Shown: positions 11,324-23,600 of the stretch, piece after piece | Numbering within the stretch: position 1 is the first letter of the stretch | How the letters are laid out: each line of letters begins with the position of its first letter | Origin: Chara braunii | Lineage: Eukaryota; Plantae; Charophyceae | Length of the DNA stretch: 64,000 nucleotides | Assembly (NCBI GenBank): GCA_003427395.1 | Contig: BFEA01000020.1 | Span: 5,770,855 to 5,834,854, forward strand | Reading direction: 5' to 3' | The notes under the pieces: generated by a model | Databases searched by the model: none | The model's input: only the letters and a program-made list of their open reading frames with translations | What the model was told of the DNA's origin: nothing | Made by a program: the position numbers and the translations under genes

Positions 11324-14300
11324 TTATGCCTTATTTCCGCTAACACCCCAGAGAACAGATTGAACCGCGAACTTGAATTACAAGTTCTTCCAAGATGCAG
11401 AGTCCAGGATTCCTCCTTTCTGGAGGATATACTGTTTTATCAGTCTGAGAAGGAGGGTAGCTACATCTTCCTCTGTCCAGAATTGGTTGGCTTTAATCTT
11501 GAGGATCTGCAGATCCTTGATAGACTCCTCCCCCAACTATCTCAGGCTAACTGAGTCCGTAGCCTTGTATTGTAGATACACATCTCTATCTGCTATCTTT
11601 TCTGAGTCTAAGACTAGAATCAGTGTGGCCCACCCTCCTGGGGGGAAGTGCTCTCTTATGAAATTGGAGGTGTCTAGGTTGATGCTGGATTCACCCCGCC
11701 CACTTCCTGCGAGATCTGAGATGGAGTTGACAGGGGATTCCATATCGAGGATAGTGATGGCTCCATACTGGGAATCCCCAGGTTCAAAGAGGCCTGCCTC
11801 CCAGCGACCTTCCTTGAGTCTAACTGGGAGGATAATTGTCCCTGTTTTTCAGAGAGTTAGCGGCTCTGGGTCTATCAACAGTCTCGATGTCAACCTTTGC
11901 CTCTTACTTGTGAGATCCCGCAAGGTGGGAAATGGGTTGGAAAGGGAGATGACACTTAATGGTAGAGGTTGTTTCTTTCCTGATGGAGAATGGCTATCAA
12001 TGGTAAGGTCAATCTCATTGATTGCAATTACATCTCCTGTTCTGAGACCCCCTATTACTTCTCGAGACTGAGATCCTTTTTCTTGCTCCACTGTTCCTTG
12101 AAGCAGGTTGCTCCTATCCCACTCAATCAGGGAAGAATTTTTTTTTAATAATTTCTCATTCTCCGATTTCTCATTTAATTGGAGGAACTTTTTTTCCCCT
12201 GTAATAGGGGAGATATTTCCACCAAGGGAGTCCTCTGAGGGGAGTTGTTGCTTTGGGAGAACTGGACCTGTACCAGAGGGGCAGGTGCTGCCTGATCAGG
12301 GGATGAAAAACCAGAACGCTGACCAACCTGACATTGATGAGGAACGATATCTCATACTCTACATGAGCTCGTGGTGTTTTCCCCTGTATTAGGGCCGTCA
12401 TCCTTCCTGTGAGGTAATCGCTGGCAAATCACACGGTACTGTGCTGAATCCAACTGCGGGTAAACCGCCCCCTGGTACCCATGGTTCCTTTCTGCCTGTA
12501 ATTCCCCCTGTTCTGTTTCTAGGGAGAGGTTTAAGTTAGGCATTGATGTGGTCGGGGGGCCGGAGATGCAAGTTGTTGACTCAACACTCAGAGACGCAAA
12601 GGATCCTACAGAGAGTGCTGCAGTTTTCTTGGAACCTAATGACGCTGGTCCATTCTGAGGTGCCGGGCCCGAGGGTTGGGGACCGACTGGAACAGATGTC
12701 TGACGCAGGGCAACTGGAACAGATATCTCCCACAGGCATGTGGCTCCTCCTGCGAATGGTCCAGCAGAGGAGGTCTATTTTCACTATTATTTCCTCCTTG
12801 TTTTCCTTTTCGTAATTGAGGCTTGGTTAATCCTTTCCTTATTGCCTTAGTGCTCCTCCCCGGGTTGGGTGTGTGAGGTAGTCTACGGCGCAGACTTGCG
12901 TAGTTGCCGGTTTTTCCAGGAGGAGCCCGACGGTAGGGGTTTTGTTCCTTCCCTTTCTTGGTTTTTTCAAACTGCTGCTTTTCAGTCAAGATTCCTTTCC
13001 GCCTTGCCAGCTCTTTTATTCTTTTGCCTCCTTTGATTCTTTTCGCATGCAAGGACTGGTCGTTTCTATTGTTATGGAGGACAGGAGGGCTAACTGGGTC
13101 TTGACTGCTACTGTGGCAGAATTGGGGCAACATCTTCTGAGTAACTATGTGCAATAACTTGTTGCACATATCGTTCCATTTCGTTCTTGATGAACAACCA
13201 TATTGGAGGGCAAACTTGAGACTGTCGCTGCCATACAACAAACTCGATAGCCGCTCCTGAATGAGATGCCAGTCTAGATCAGGTGTTGCTGCAAATTTAA
13301 ACTTGAGATTAGTTGTAACCCACATCATCATTTTTTGTAAACTGGCCTGCAGATCAGCCAGGGAATCAATACTGTCCTCTCTCACTCCCATAATTTCAAA
13401 AGGGGAGGCGGTTACTGGTGCTTCTTCTACTTCCATCTCATCAGGTGCCTCTGCCTCAGGCGGGGGGGGACTAGAAAGCGAAGTCTTAAGTTGCTGAACT
13501 ATTGGCTGAACCTGTTGGTTGCAGACATCCAGGGAAACCTGGGAAGTCTGCTGCAGTTGTTGGGGTGGAGAGCCCTGCTGAACCTGCTGGTGAGCCGGAT
13601 TGTTTTTTTTTCTTCTGTGAAATCTTTTTTTTTTTCTTACCTTTTTCCATTCCAAGTTCAGTTGTTGGTTCTTCTTTGGTAAGTACGCTTCGGGGGATTG
13701 CCCAATCTCTTTTGGACGATGATTCTGAGGTCCGGGGCTCTCTCCTTCTTGTCCCGTGGCTTGTTTAATTTTCCTTACCGCACTGTGTTCCGCCTGTGGA
13801 ATGGTATGGTTGGACTGAGTGGGGTGCTGGACAGCTTGTGGAGCACCTGCAGAATGTGTGGGCTCTTATGAATGATGGGGCCGTGTTTTCTGATGATTTT
13901 TACTCACACGACCCTTTTGACTGGGATGAGAAGATTGCTGAGAATGCAGCTGGCTTTGCTGCAGGGGGATCCACTGGCAGTCCAACGGGGGCCGTTGAGA
14001 CTTACGCTGGTCTCCTCTTCCTTACCAGTACCACCCAATCGGAACACCCATGAGATTCAGTTCATCACTATAAGCCCATCTTTCGTACCCTGGGACCGTA
14101 GGTGTCCAACGGTGAGGGTAATGGGGGTCTCTCTTGAGTCTCTGTTCCAGGGGAACAGCGTGTTGCGGGTACAGAGGGCAAACAAATTCAGAATTCAGGT
14201 GTCCATATGCTTTGCATTTGAAACACCAGGGTCTGAATTTGTGTGCCGTATGGATCTGATAGATCCTGCTTCCCATTTTGTATGGGATGATATCGTCCAA

Positions 14301-15500
14301 GGAGAAGGGTTGGTCCTTTTGAAGACGAGGGTCAGCATGAGGTAGTCATATCAACACGGGGTGGAAAGGGGTCAATGAAGTCAACTACCTTATACTGTTG
14401 CCCAAAATCGTGGACGAAGGCCGACATCCATGGATAGATTCTGACTTGTGAGTCTTCCCAGAAGAGTTTCTTCCAACTATCCATTACTTTCTTATCATTT
14501 TCAAACAGACAGAGGGCAGTGTAAACTGTGGGGGACATTGGTTGGATCATAAATAATTCAGAGGCTGCGTCCATGCTTCCTTTCATTAATTCAAGCTTCT
14601 TATAGATCCATTTAATTTTATCATTCGTAAATTTGTAGACACTGTCGTTGTAGAAGATCCAATTACTCGCATGCTTAGTATACAACGTGTCTCGTTGAGT
14701 CAATTTGTCCGTAGGATAGGATCTTATCAAAGTTTTCTTCCCCCCTGATCAATTAGTCTTCGTTCTGACGGAAGTAGGAACAAAGTTAGGAAATAAGCCC
14801 TAGTAGATGAGAGATTCCTGAGGGGAATCTTCAATTCATCCGCTGGAGTGCCATGGGGACCCACTGCTGGCCTTGACACGTTCAGTGTCTTTTCTTGTAG
14901 AGTCAATCTCACTCTTTGAGCCTATGTTGATGTTGAGGATTCCTCCCCCGTAGCTGTCACAGAGGTAGGGGACTGAGACTGAGATTGAGAGCTATGTTGA
15001 TCCTGGGACGAGAGGTCCTGTTTCCCTTCTCCGCTCTTCTTCCATGAGAACCTCATCACTTTCTCGCATGCAACTATCTTCTTTGTGATTCCTTTTGACT
15101 GTTGCTGTCTGCTGGGAATTTTGCCCAACTTGTTGTTCTGAATGTTGTTGGGGAGGTGAACTGTGCTCAGACTGTTCCACGTCCATTCTCACACTGTGCT
15201 GCGATTCCTATGCTGTTTGTGATTCCTGTGTTGCCTTGGGTATGGATTTTGTCACAGTTGAGGATTGGGAGGATTGGGAAATCCTTCTCGCTGCATTCCT
15301 CAGTCTCTACATGTTCCCCCCCTGGGGCATTTGAGGGGAGGAAGTAGAATTGAGGGACGTTCCATTGTTGAGTCTTGCGTACGGTGATGTCCCCAAGCGT
15401 CTGAAAAGGTGATGGCGCATTGCGCCTTGGTAGAAAAACAATGAATCAAGGCCCTTTGCCCATTTGGAGGACATTTTTTTAACATGATTTTTGGGTTTGA
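11324..15500 (-). pseudogene. LINE ORF1 (gag-like), unusually long, disrupted
   Basis: Zinc knuckle CFKCKAYGHLNSEFVC (in 14022-14300), Q/P/S-rich and basic tracts; ends GNKA-stop immediately before the ORF2 ATG; start position approximate. Confidence 0.75.
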
Positions 15501-16769
15501 ACAGAGGGAATGCAGAGGGGAGTGGTAGAATAGGTATGACTATGACCAGTGCTGAGACAGGTCGGGCTAGGTTCAGACTGTGGCCAGGCAGCTGAGGATT
15601 AAAGGAGGGGAGAGGGGGTAATAATAAGTGATAATAAGTTCAGGCAGATGGGAAGACTACCCCCGAGGGTGAAGGGGCAGAGGGAAAGGGCAGAGTAGGG
15701 GGGTTGGATAGGTGTGGGAAGGAGAGAAGGGGCCACAGGGGAGAATGAGGGGGCCTGGGGAAGAGCGTTGAAGGGAGCAAAGGAGGGTGGGAGGGACACT
15801 GATGGGCGGTGTTAGGTAGTAGGAACCGGGGGATGAGGAGTATAGGAAGTGACAGAGGGGAGGTGGGTATGGACGAGAGAAGAATGGTGAAATCGAGATA
15901 GGCGGTTATCAGGAGACGTCCCTCCACTCAGAGGAAGGAGGGGGGCGTGAGAGGGCAGGGGACAGAAAAGGGAGAGAAGGGGAACGAGAGGGCGAATGGG
16001 ATACTACGGGGGGGTACGAAGTAGGAAGGGCGGTGGGGTGCGAATGAGAAATGGGGCAAAGGGGAGGTGGGTATGGGGGAGGGAAGACGAGCGAGGATGG
16101 GAGGTCAGTTCTCAGAAATTTTCACTCCAAACATGGGGTACTGCTGATCCAGTGTGGATGGGAATCTTAGCGGGTTGAAATGTGCCTGACTAGGGTATGG
16201 AATGTGTTCCTATGAGTTTATTGGTGATAAATTAGGGGTAATGTTCTTTTACAATCAGGCGTAACAAATATCAATGAAGGGCCTGGTAACGGCTGATTTC
16301 TGGCTAGGGGGGCTTCCAACTCTGGGGGGGGAAATTGAGAAGAAAAAGGAAGGAAAGGTGAAAGAGGTTATAACAAGAAGGGCAATCGTACCTCCTATAA
16401 GAATAGGTAAAACCTGTCGTGGAGTAATTCTTTCGAAGACTAGTTGCGAGGGGAGATCAGCAGCCTTCCTTCGTCCTTCACTTTTCCCGATCCTTTCCTG
16501 CCCCCCGTTGCCTTCTCTGGAGAACTTCGCCACCTCTTATCTACTAAGTAAAACTCCCCCTCTCGAGTCCGTTCCCTGCTCCCTGCATGTCTCCTTCTCT
16601 CGCCACTTTGAAGGGCGACCAGTGTGTCTTTGACTACTCTTCTGAGTCCGAGATACTTCTGTATTACTCTCCTTCCACCGTGAATGCAGATTTGCAAAAG
16701 GATGGATCCTCCATCAGCCGCATGAACGGCAGAGCATACGAAGAGCCTTACCCCTGTACTCGTGAATTT

Positions 16770-17130
16770 GACTCAAAGTTGCTAGTCGCTAGAGCAGGCA
16801 TGCAAAAATGCTCGCGAAAATGTGAATCAAAGCTGCTAGCCGCCAGAGTAGGCATACAATGCTAGTTGAGAATGATAAGAGAACCAGATTGCTTCTTGAC
16901 GATCGACTCAGAAAGAAAAGAAATAAGGATGACGTCAAAAAAAAACAAAAACAAAAAAAAAAAGCATCGAATTTTTTTCTCTTCAGGCATACAACGACGT
17001 TTGCAAAAATGTGACTCAAAGATGCTAGCCGCCAAAGCAGGCATACAATGGTGCTTAAGAATGATGAGAGAGTCAGATAGCTACTTGACGATCGACTCAG
17101 AACAAGGAGGAACAAGGACGACGTCAACAG
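16770..17130. repeat. Diverged tandem monomers, possibly the LINE 5'UTR
   Basis: TCAAAGNTGCTAGYCGC..AGGCAT x3 and CTTGACGATCGACTCAGAA x2. Confidence 0.7.
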
Positions 17131-17566
17131 AAAAACAGAGTCGAGAATTTCTCTCTTCCTACACTCCTTTCAAATCATCCGTCAATGGTGTAGAAGCGAA
17201 AGTTGTGTTGCCCGCTGGAAAGGCGATACCCACGACAAAACGAGTTTTGAAATATCCCGTCTGGATTCAACAGCTCACCACACACTTTGACTCCCAGAAA
17301 GGCTTACTCCGCTAGTCTCCTTGAGGGTAGCAGATGCGCTACACTCCCTCAGTCATGCCCAGCCGCTAGAGCCACAGTGACTATGGAGAGTTCTTTGCGG
17401 AATTCTCGACAATTGGAGTAGGAAAGATCACCTTCCGTCCAACTGACTTGAATCAGCCCTCGCGCCACGTCAGCCTGTGACGTGGCCTGGGCTACCGCCC
17501 TTCCCTGGTCGCACGTGCGTTAAGCGCTTAGCTCTCGGGCACATGGGTATGCCATCTAAGATGCCA

Positions 17567-17601
<35 letters not shown>

Positions 17602-17900
17602 GACAACACGCTCCAATCTATTCGTGGGGAGCAGCACGTGCTGCCACGTAACCTCTAAAAGATATAAACTGCTTTGGAGCACCTGATAGTAGGGTGCTAC
17701 CAATTCGACAAAAACAACACCGCCACTTCGCAAAGTAAATCCGTAGATCCATCGCACAAAGTAACGGTACCGAAGGTTCTAGAACGCCACATACTCTAGA
17801 AAACACTTAACAAGTACCTTCGCAAATTCAAGAGTCCAGGTTCAAAAACCAAACGCATAATCTAAACTCTCGTACAGACCAGGTACAGCAAAGGATACCT

Positions 17901-18060
17901 TTTTTTTTTTTTTTTTTTTTTTTCAAAAGTCCATGGTGTCGTAGAGGCCGGTCACTGAGTGCACAGTAATCACCTGGAGCAGTAGGCCGTGGGTGTCCTG
18001 GAATATGAGACCACCTCCCATCCCATCCTCACGTCAATACTCCTAGCGCGCCCCCTATCC
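17901..18060 (-). mobile_element. Short poly(A)-tailed retroposon (~140 nt); second copy at 40676-40848
   Basis: T-tract plus a body closely similar to 40714-40848; TSD CAAAGGAT(A)CCT at 17889-17900 and 18061-18071. Confidence 0.8.
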
Positions 18061-18959
18061 CAAAGGATCCTAGAACCGAGGTAGGAAGTTTTTTTTTTTT
18101 TTTTTTTTTTTTAAATAAAAGGGCCCAGTGCCCAAGGCTGATACTATGAATATGATGATTGAGGCCGCGGTCCTCACAGTCTACCCGGAGGTAACCAGAA
18201 GGATCCTGCTGAGAACAAAAATTGAGCCAACAGCTCTGTGCTATTGATCTAATATCCACTGAACCATGCACTATTGAACTAGCATAGTGCCGAGGTAGGA
18301 AGGTAACGCATAAGAACTGAAAAAACTGAAGCAACCTTTATTCTACACCGACTCTTGCACGAAAACACCGGTCCGGGTTCGAGTCCTTTATCCAATATCA
18401 ACCGAAGAAAAAAACCTAGCTAAAAGCCTAAAACAGGATGGACAATCCAAGCACCTGCATTCGAGTCGGAACAACTTAATTACCCTGTGGGCCTGCACTA
18501 ATACACCCAACTTCCAAACAGAGTTATATTCGAAAACTGGCCCTGGTTCAAATGCTTTTCAGACACCACCAAGGCAACAGAACTAACTAGACTTGTAGTA
18601 GGCAACGCCAAGCACCTGCGTCCGAGTCCAAATCAACTTGTGTACCCAAACTTATGTTTCTGAGTTGTACCAATGGAATGTATGCCTTCCTGAGATTCTC
18701 ATTTGCTGCTGAGTTTTCTAAGTCTGTGTGTGTGCGTGCTTGCTGGTCTGCGTGCCTGTCTGAGTGCTTGTCGGCTTGAGTATGTGTGTGACCCGCAAGG
18801 GGCACTTGTTCGTTGGGAGGCCCGGAGGGCCGGTACATCGCTGTGGCCGTGGCTTTGAGGGTTGCAGCGGGGAAAACACTCAAGTGGCGGGAGTAGGCCC
18901 CCGACACTTAGAGCAGAGGGGAAAAACACTCAAGTAGCAGGTAGGTCGGTACCACACTA

Positions 18960-19640
18960 AGTAGTGGTAGATGTGTCGGGTACTCGAGGCCGAGCAGAAG
19001 AAGACAAAAGTTGGCATTTTTAGAGGCCCAGTAGTTGTAGGCTAGGTCTAGGCAGGTACCAGTCCCAGTAGTCTGAGTCTAGGGCCTGTATGGGCAATAT
19101 CTGAGTCTGCGATGATGTTTCCCTCCGAAAGGGAGGAGGTACCGGTTGCTTGAAGGCCACGCGGCCTGGAAGTCACTGCTCAAGAGGCAAGCAGGCCACT
19201 ATATCTCCAGGAGGAGCAAAGAGATCCTCCTCATTCTGCGGTGTGCAAGTTTGGCGACACACTGCCTGGAGCGCTGGTTGGAGCAGCGCTGCTAGGGAGA
19301 GAGGAGCGCCCAGCTTCCCCACCGCGGCTATAGTGGAGGAGCATGGGCCAGAGGAGGAGGAAGGAAAGGACTAGGAGAGGAGAGAGCCAGAGGTACTTAC
19401 CTTGCTATGGAGGACGCCATCTTCATCACCTTGGTGGGCGCTGCATCTGGAAGGCCCCACTTGGGGTAGAGGTACACCAAGAAGCTTTGAGGCTGAGTCA
19501 GGCATGGCGGCCTGAGCTAGAGCAGCCATAGCTGCTTTGAGTTGTCTTTTGCACATCAGGGCAAGCCCTTAGCAGTCCGCCAAAGAGGGAGAAGGGTCGC
19601 CATGGCTATGCTGGACGTCATGTTGTACCTGCAGTAGAAG
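18960..19640. repeat. Dispersed repeat related to 61490-62400, possibly LTR-element derived
   Basis: Shared blocks CTATGGWGGAC..CATCTTCATC, GCATCTGGAAGGCCCC and GCATGGCTATG. Confidence 0.5.
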
Positions 19641-20295
19641 AGGGATTCGGACTTTGATTCTGGTTCAGCCATTCAACATTATTATTATTGTTTATTGTTT
19701 GAATAAGAGGGAAGGAGAAAAGGAGGACGAAACTGGTTGGCGAGAAGACGGAATTATCATTGGTCTTTGCTGGTGTACATCTTCTTCTTTTTCTTTCTTT
19801 CTTCTTCTACTACTTCTTTCCTTCTCCTTCCTCTCAAGTTCATTCATTTCTTTCTGCAATTGGATGGCATGGTGCTTTCTCATGAATGTGTACTTTGAAA
19901 TTGGCCAGGATCTTTTTTTTTTTTTTTTTTTTGGAAGAACCGCCCGAGTGGGTGCTAGGGGTGCTGGTAAGAGCAGACACCTCTAGTAGTCTCGGGCGGG
20001 CTCCATCTATTGGTGTGGAGCAACACCTTCTGGAAAGCGGGTCCAGCGTCCCTGAACATTGTGGCTGTTTGTTGTCTGATACATATAGTTGTGATGGTAG
20101 ACAGCTGCTGGGCACTCCTCTGAGTACCTCTAAGTCCAGCAGATAGGGAAGTAGAACTTACTAATTTGCCTTAGCTGCTTGCCTATCTGCCGATTTAAAT
20201 TGCAACTGGGTTGAGTTACAGTAAACCTTTAGATCACATGATTGTTGCCCAGGGGCTTGAACGCAGGTCTCCCCAATCCACTCAGCAAGAAACCA

Positions 20296-20653
20296 TTCCT
20301 GTTCCTGTGTTGGAGTCTCGTTCAGACCTTTTGCAGTTTCGGACCCATTCACACCATGTCATGTTGTGGCTGCTGGAACCATCTGTTGTCCCTGCCCCGG
20401 CCATCGTCCATGATGTCTTCTATAGCCAGGGATCATCCTTCGTCTTTTTGTAGCCTTGTTGTCAGTAAATTTCCTCCTGTGTTGGAGTCTCGTTCAGACC
20501 TTCTGCAGTTTCGGACCCATTCACGCCATGTCATGTTGTGGCTGCTGAAACCATCTGCTGTTCCTGGCCCGGCCATCATCCATGATGTCTTCTATAGCCA
20601 GGGATCATCCTTTGTCTTTTTGTAGCCTTGTTGCCAGTAAATTTCCTCCTGTG
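20296..20653. repeat. ~180-bp tandem duplication within the LINE 3'UTR
   Basis: TTCCTGTGTTGGAGTCTCGTTCAGACC...AGTAAATTTCCTCCTGTGT present twice. Confidence 0.9.
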
Positions 20654-23600
20654 TCATCCCTATCTCATCCCGACCGCTCTCCTTTTATCAGGAGATTCCC
20701 ATGTCTTCTGCTGATTGCAGCCGTCACCACAGATGGGGTTGAGGAGCGAATGAGGTGGGTGGGGGGGGGGAGGGGGGGGGAAGACGGGGNTGAGGGGGGT
20801 GAGGGGGGGGGGGGGCGGGGGGGTTGGGGGGGGGGGGGGGGGGATAGGTAGTGGCTGAGGGGTATGGGCGGCAACTGCGGCAGTCTTTGAGGGGATAAGG
20901 GAGACCTAGGGATATCACACTGCTAGTCAGATATTAGCACGAAATTAGTCGGGAGGAAGGGGACTGCAAAATCGCTGAGTGGTCTTCTTTGCCAGGCTGG
21001 CTCCGATGATCTCCATGGCTTCCATCGTAACTATGTTGTGTGCAACATTCATTTCCGAAAACAGTTCGGCCGGGTCCTGCCAAAGCTGATAGTAGGATTC
21101 CCGGATGGCTGCTTTGGCCACAGGTTCCTTTTCCTCCCGATAATCTCTGAGAAAGTTTTTCCAGGCCTCCTAAGTTCTCATTCTAATTACCTCCTCGATG
21201 GCTTGTTGTGCTTGCTGCAACCCAAATTGATGACTATTCCTTTGACAGGAACATCTAGCTCTCCAGGCCAGCATGAGAACTTGCAGCCTCATATACGAGA
21301 AGAGATTGGTGGCGAAGGGGGACCATTGCGCCATCAGATGTCGGTTCTTGTTGAGCAACAGGAGGTCGATGTCCCATGGGGTGTGAAATGTTGCGTCCCA
21401 CCACCTCCATAACTGGGTGATCATTGGGCAGACCAGCAGGTAATGTTCCAATGTTGCCCGGGCCGGAGGCGACGATCTCCCACAATAAGTGCAGATGGGG
21501 GACAACAGACCTTTTTGTTCAAGGTCTGTTCTTGACAAAAGTCAGTCCGGGGTGGGCAAGCAGCGATGGAGGATTTGCTATTGCAGCGCTCTGAGATTCG
21601 TAGGCATGATCTTGGACTACTTGGCCCAAGGCAAGGCCTCCATCAACTGCGAGTCGATGGGTGAGTCTCGTGCCCATCTGTTAGATATCGTGCGATTGAT
21701 TGTTGCAGGTGGGCTGGAGGTTTTATATCCCCCTTTGACAGGGTGGTCCCATACGCGCATTGGATTCGGACCGGGCCACTCCCATTCCCTCGGATGGAAA
21801 GATAGCCTGGCAAGTGGCATTGAGGGCTCATACACAAAAAAATCCCTCCTGGCAGTCCCCCACCACACATGTACGAATGAGACCTACCCAACTTTCATCG
21901 CTGTCCAAGTCTTCGTTTCGTGTAAGTTTAGAGAATCTGGCTCCTGGTTGGGCAGGCTCATATGCTTCCAATGAACACAACCCTTCCTTATTTTGTTGCA
22001 CCCTAAATAATGTGAGTGGGAGGGTCAGGTATGTATGCCTAATCACCCACTGGCAAGGGTCAGCTGCCATGATATGGGGAGGGCCTCCCTTAGTTTACCC
22101 AGTTTGTCCTCCACGTTTTTGGCATATTTCAACTTCAATTGTAGCTGAGCAGCCGTGGCCCAATCACCTTTATGCTTGTCCCACGGGTCCCCTACCGTAA
22201 AAATGCCTTTTTTTGCCCATGTCAATCAAGGTGAGTTTGTTAACATCGATAAGGGTTTTCCATCCTCATTTAGTGCGTAGGGGTTGCCAAAAAGTGACTG
22301 TCTCCATATGTTGTGCCATCTGTTGGGGGGTTGTCTCTGTTGCGGGCCGCGTGTCCTCCAGAGTCTAAGCATAAAGGGTCACAAGGGGTCTAAGAGCAGA
22401 TCGATCCTCGTTGCTTGTGCTGGGGTGTGAGCATGCGTTTGTCACAAGGGGGGGGGAATCGACCAGTGTTTTGTTTGTAAGTCATCGGAAGGGGTGTAGA
22501 GTGTTGGCTGTTAGCAACTCTGGGGCCAGGTTGGCAATCTGCAAACAAGCTAGAGGGACCCATGGAATGTCGTTCCCTATGAGTAGCCTGATGAGGACCT
22601 TGAAAATTAAGGCTTCGTTTTCCCTTTCTGGATCCAGTATTCCCAAGCGTCCTTTAGACCTTGGTTGAGTGAGGGTTTCCCAACTCAGTCGATGCACACA
22701 CCCCTGGTCTTTGACGCTATTCTTCCATAGATACGTAGTCAACGCTTTCCTCAACCTGGTGTATTGTCTCGGCTTCAGCGGCCAAATAACCAATTTATAC
22801 CATATGGCTGCTAGTATTGCATTGTTTATTGTCAGGGCCCGCCCCACCAGCGAAGTGTGTAGCCCCTCCCATTTTGCCAGACGATCTAGCGCCATATCAA
22901 CTAACCTATCCCCGTGCTCATGTGGAGGCCCCAACACAGTTAGTCTTACCCAAGGATTCTGATGGCATCCTCCTTTTGCGCTCAGCCAACGTTGGATGAA
23001 GAGGTGGGGGTTCTCCCTAAGGGTGGAACCGCCATCCTTCTGTTTTGGAACCCCAGATGACTTTCATGTCGGCTGCTAATGAAAATAGGCGGATGATGTG
23101 TGTAAGGGCGCTGAGGCTATCAGGGTCTGCTCGTAGAAGCACTATGAGGTCATCCGCAAATAGCGAAGTCACCGGGATGAGGTGGCTAGGGATATCAGGA
23201 ATGGGTACTTTCCTAATCTGAGGGTGAGATCTGATCAGCGAGGCTAGAGCTGTCGTTACTATTACAAACAAGAGCGGATATATGGGGTCTCCTTGGCGCA
23301 CCGATCTTTGTAGGTGTATTGGCGGTGACAAGTGCCCATTAAGCATGATATTGGTGGTAGCCGATCTATGGTGAAGGCTCACCCAATTGCAGAATTTCGG
23401 GCCGAAGTTTATCTTGACCAGACACGTGTCCAGGAAGTCTCAGTTTACATGGTCGTATGCTTTCTCAAAGTCAATAAACAAGATGGCCGCTTGGTCCTGT
23501 CGTTGATGAGCATACTTAATGGTCTCATTGACCAGTAGAATGTTGTTTTGAATGTTGCGGTTTGGCATGAACCCTGTTTGGTCTGGATGAATCAGAATAT

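Larger units (their letters stand above)
6380..16560 (-). mobile_element. Near full-length decayed L1/Tx1-like LINE, family B; 5' boundary uncertain, may extend to ~17300
   Basis: ORF1 with zinc knuckle, ORF2 with APE, RT and zf-RVT, and the conserved 3'UTR motif at 6398-6450 abutting the gap. Confidence 0.9.

Noticed and set aside
16300-16400. Possible PHD finger remnant (CPSCYNLFHLS..PPQSW) at the LINE 5' region
   Set aside because: Several required cysteines are missing and the frame has stops; too weak without a consensus.
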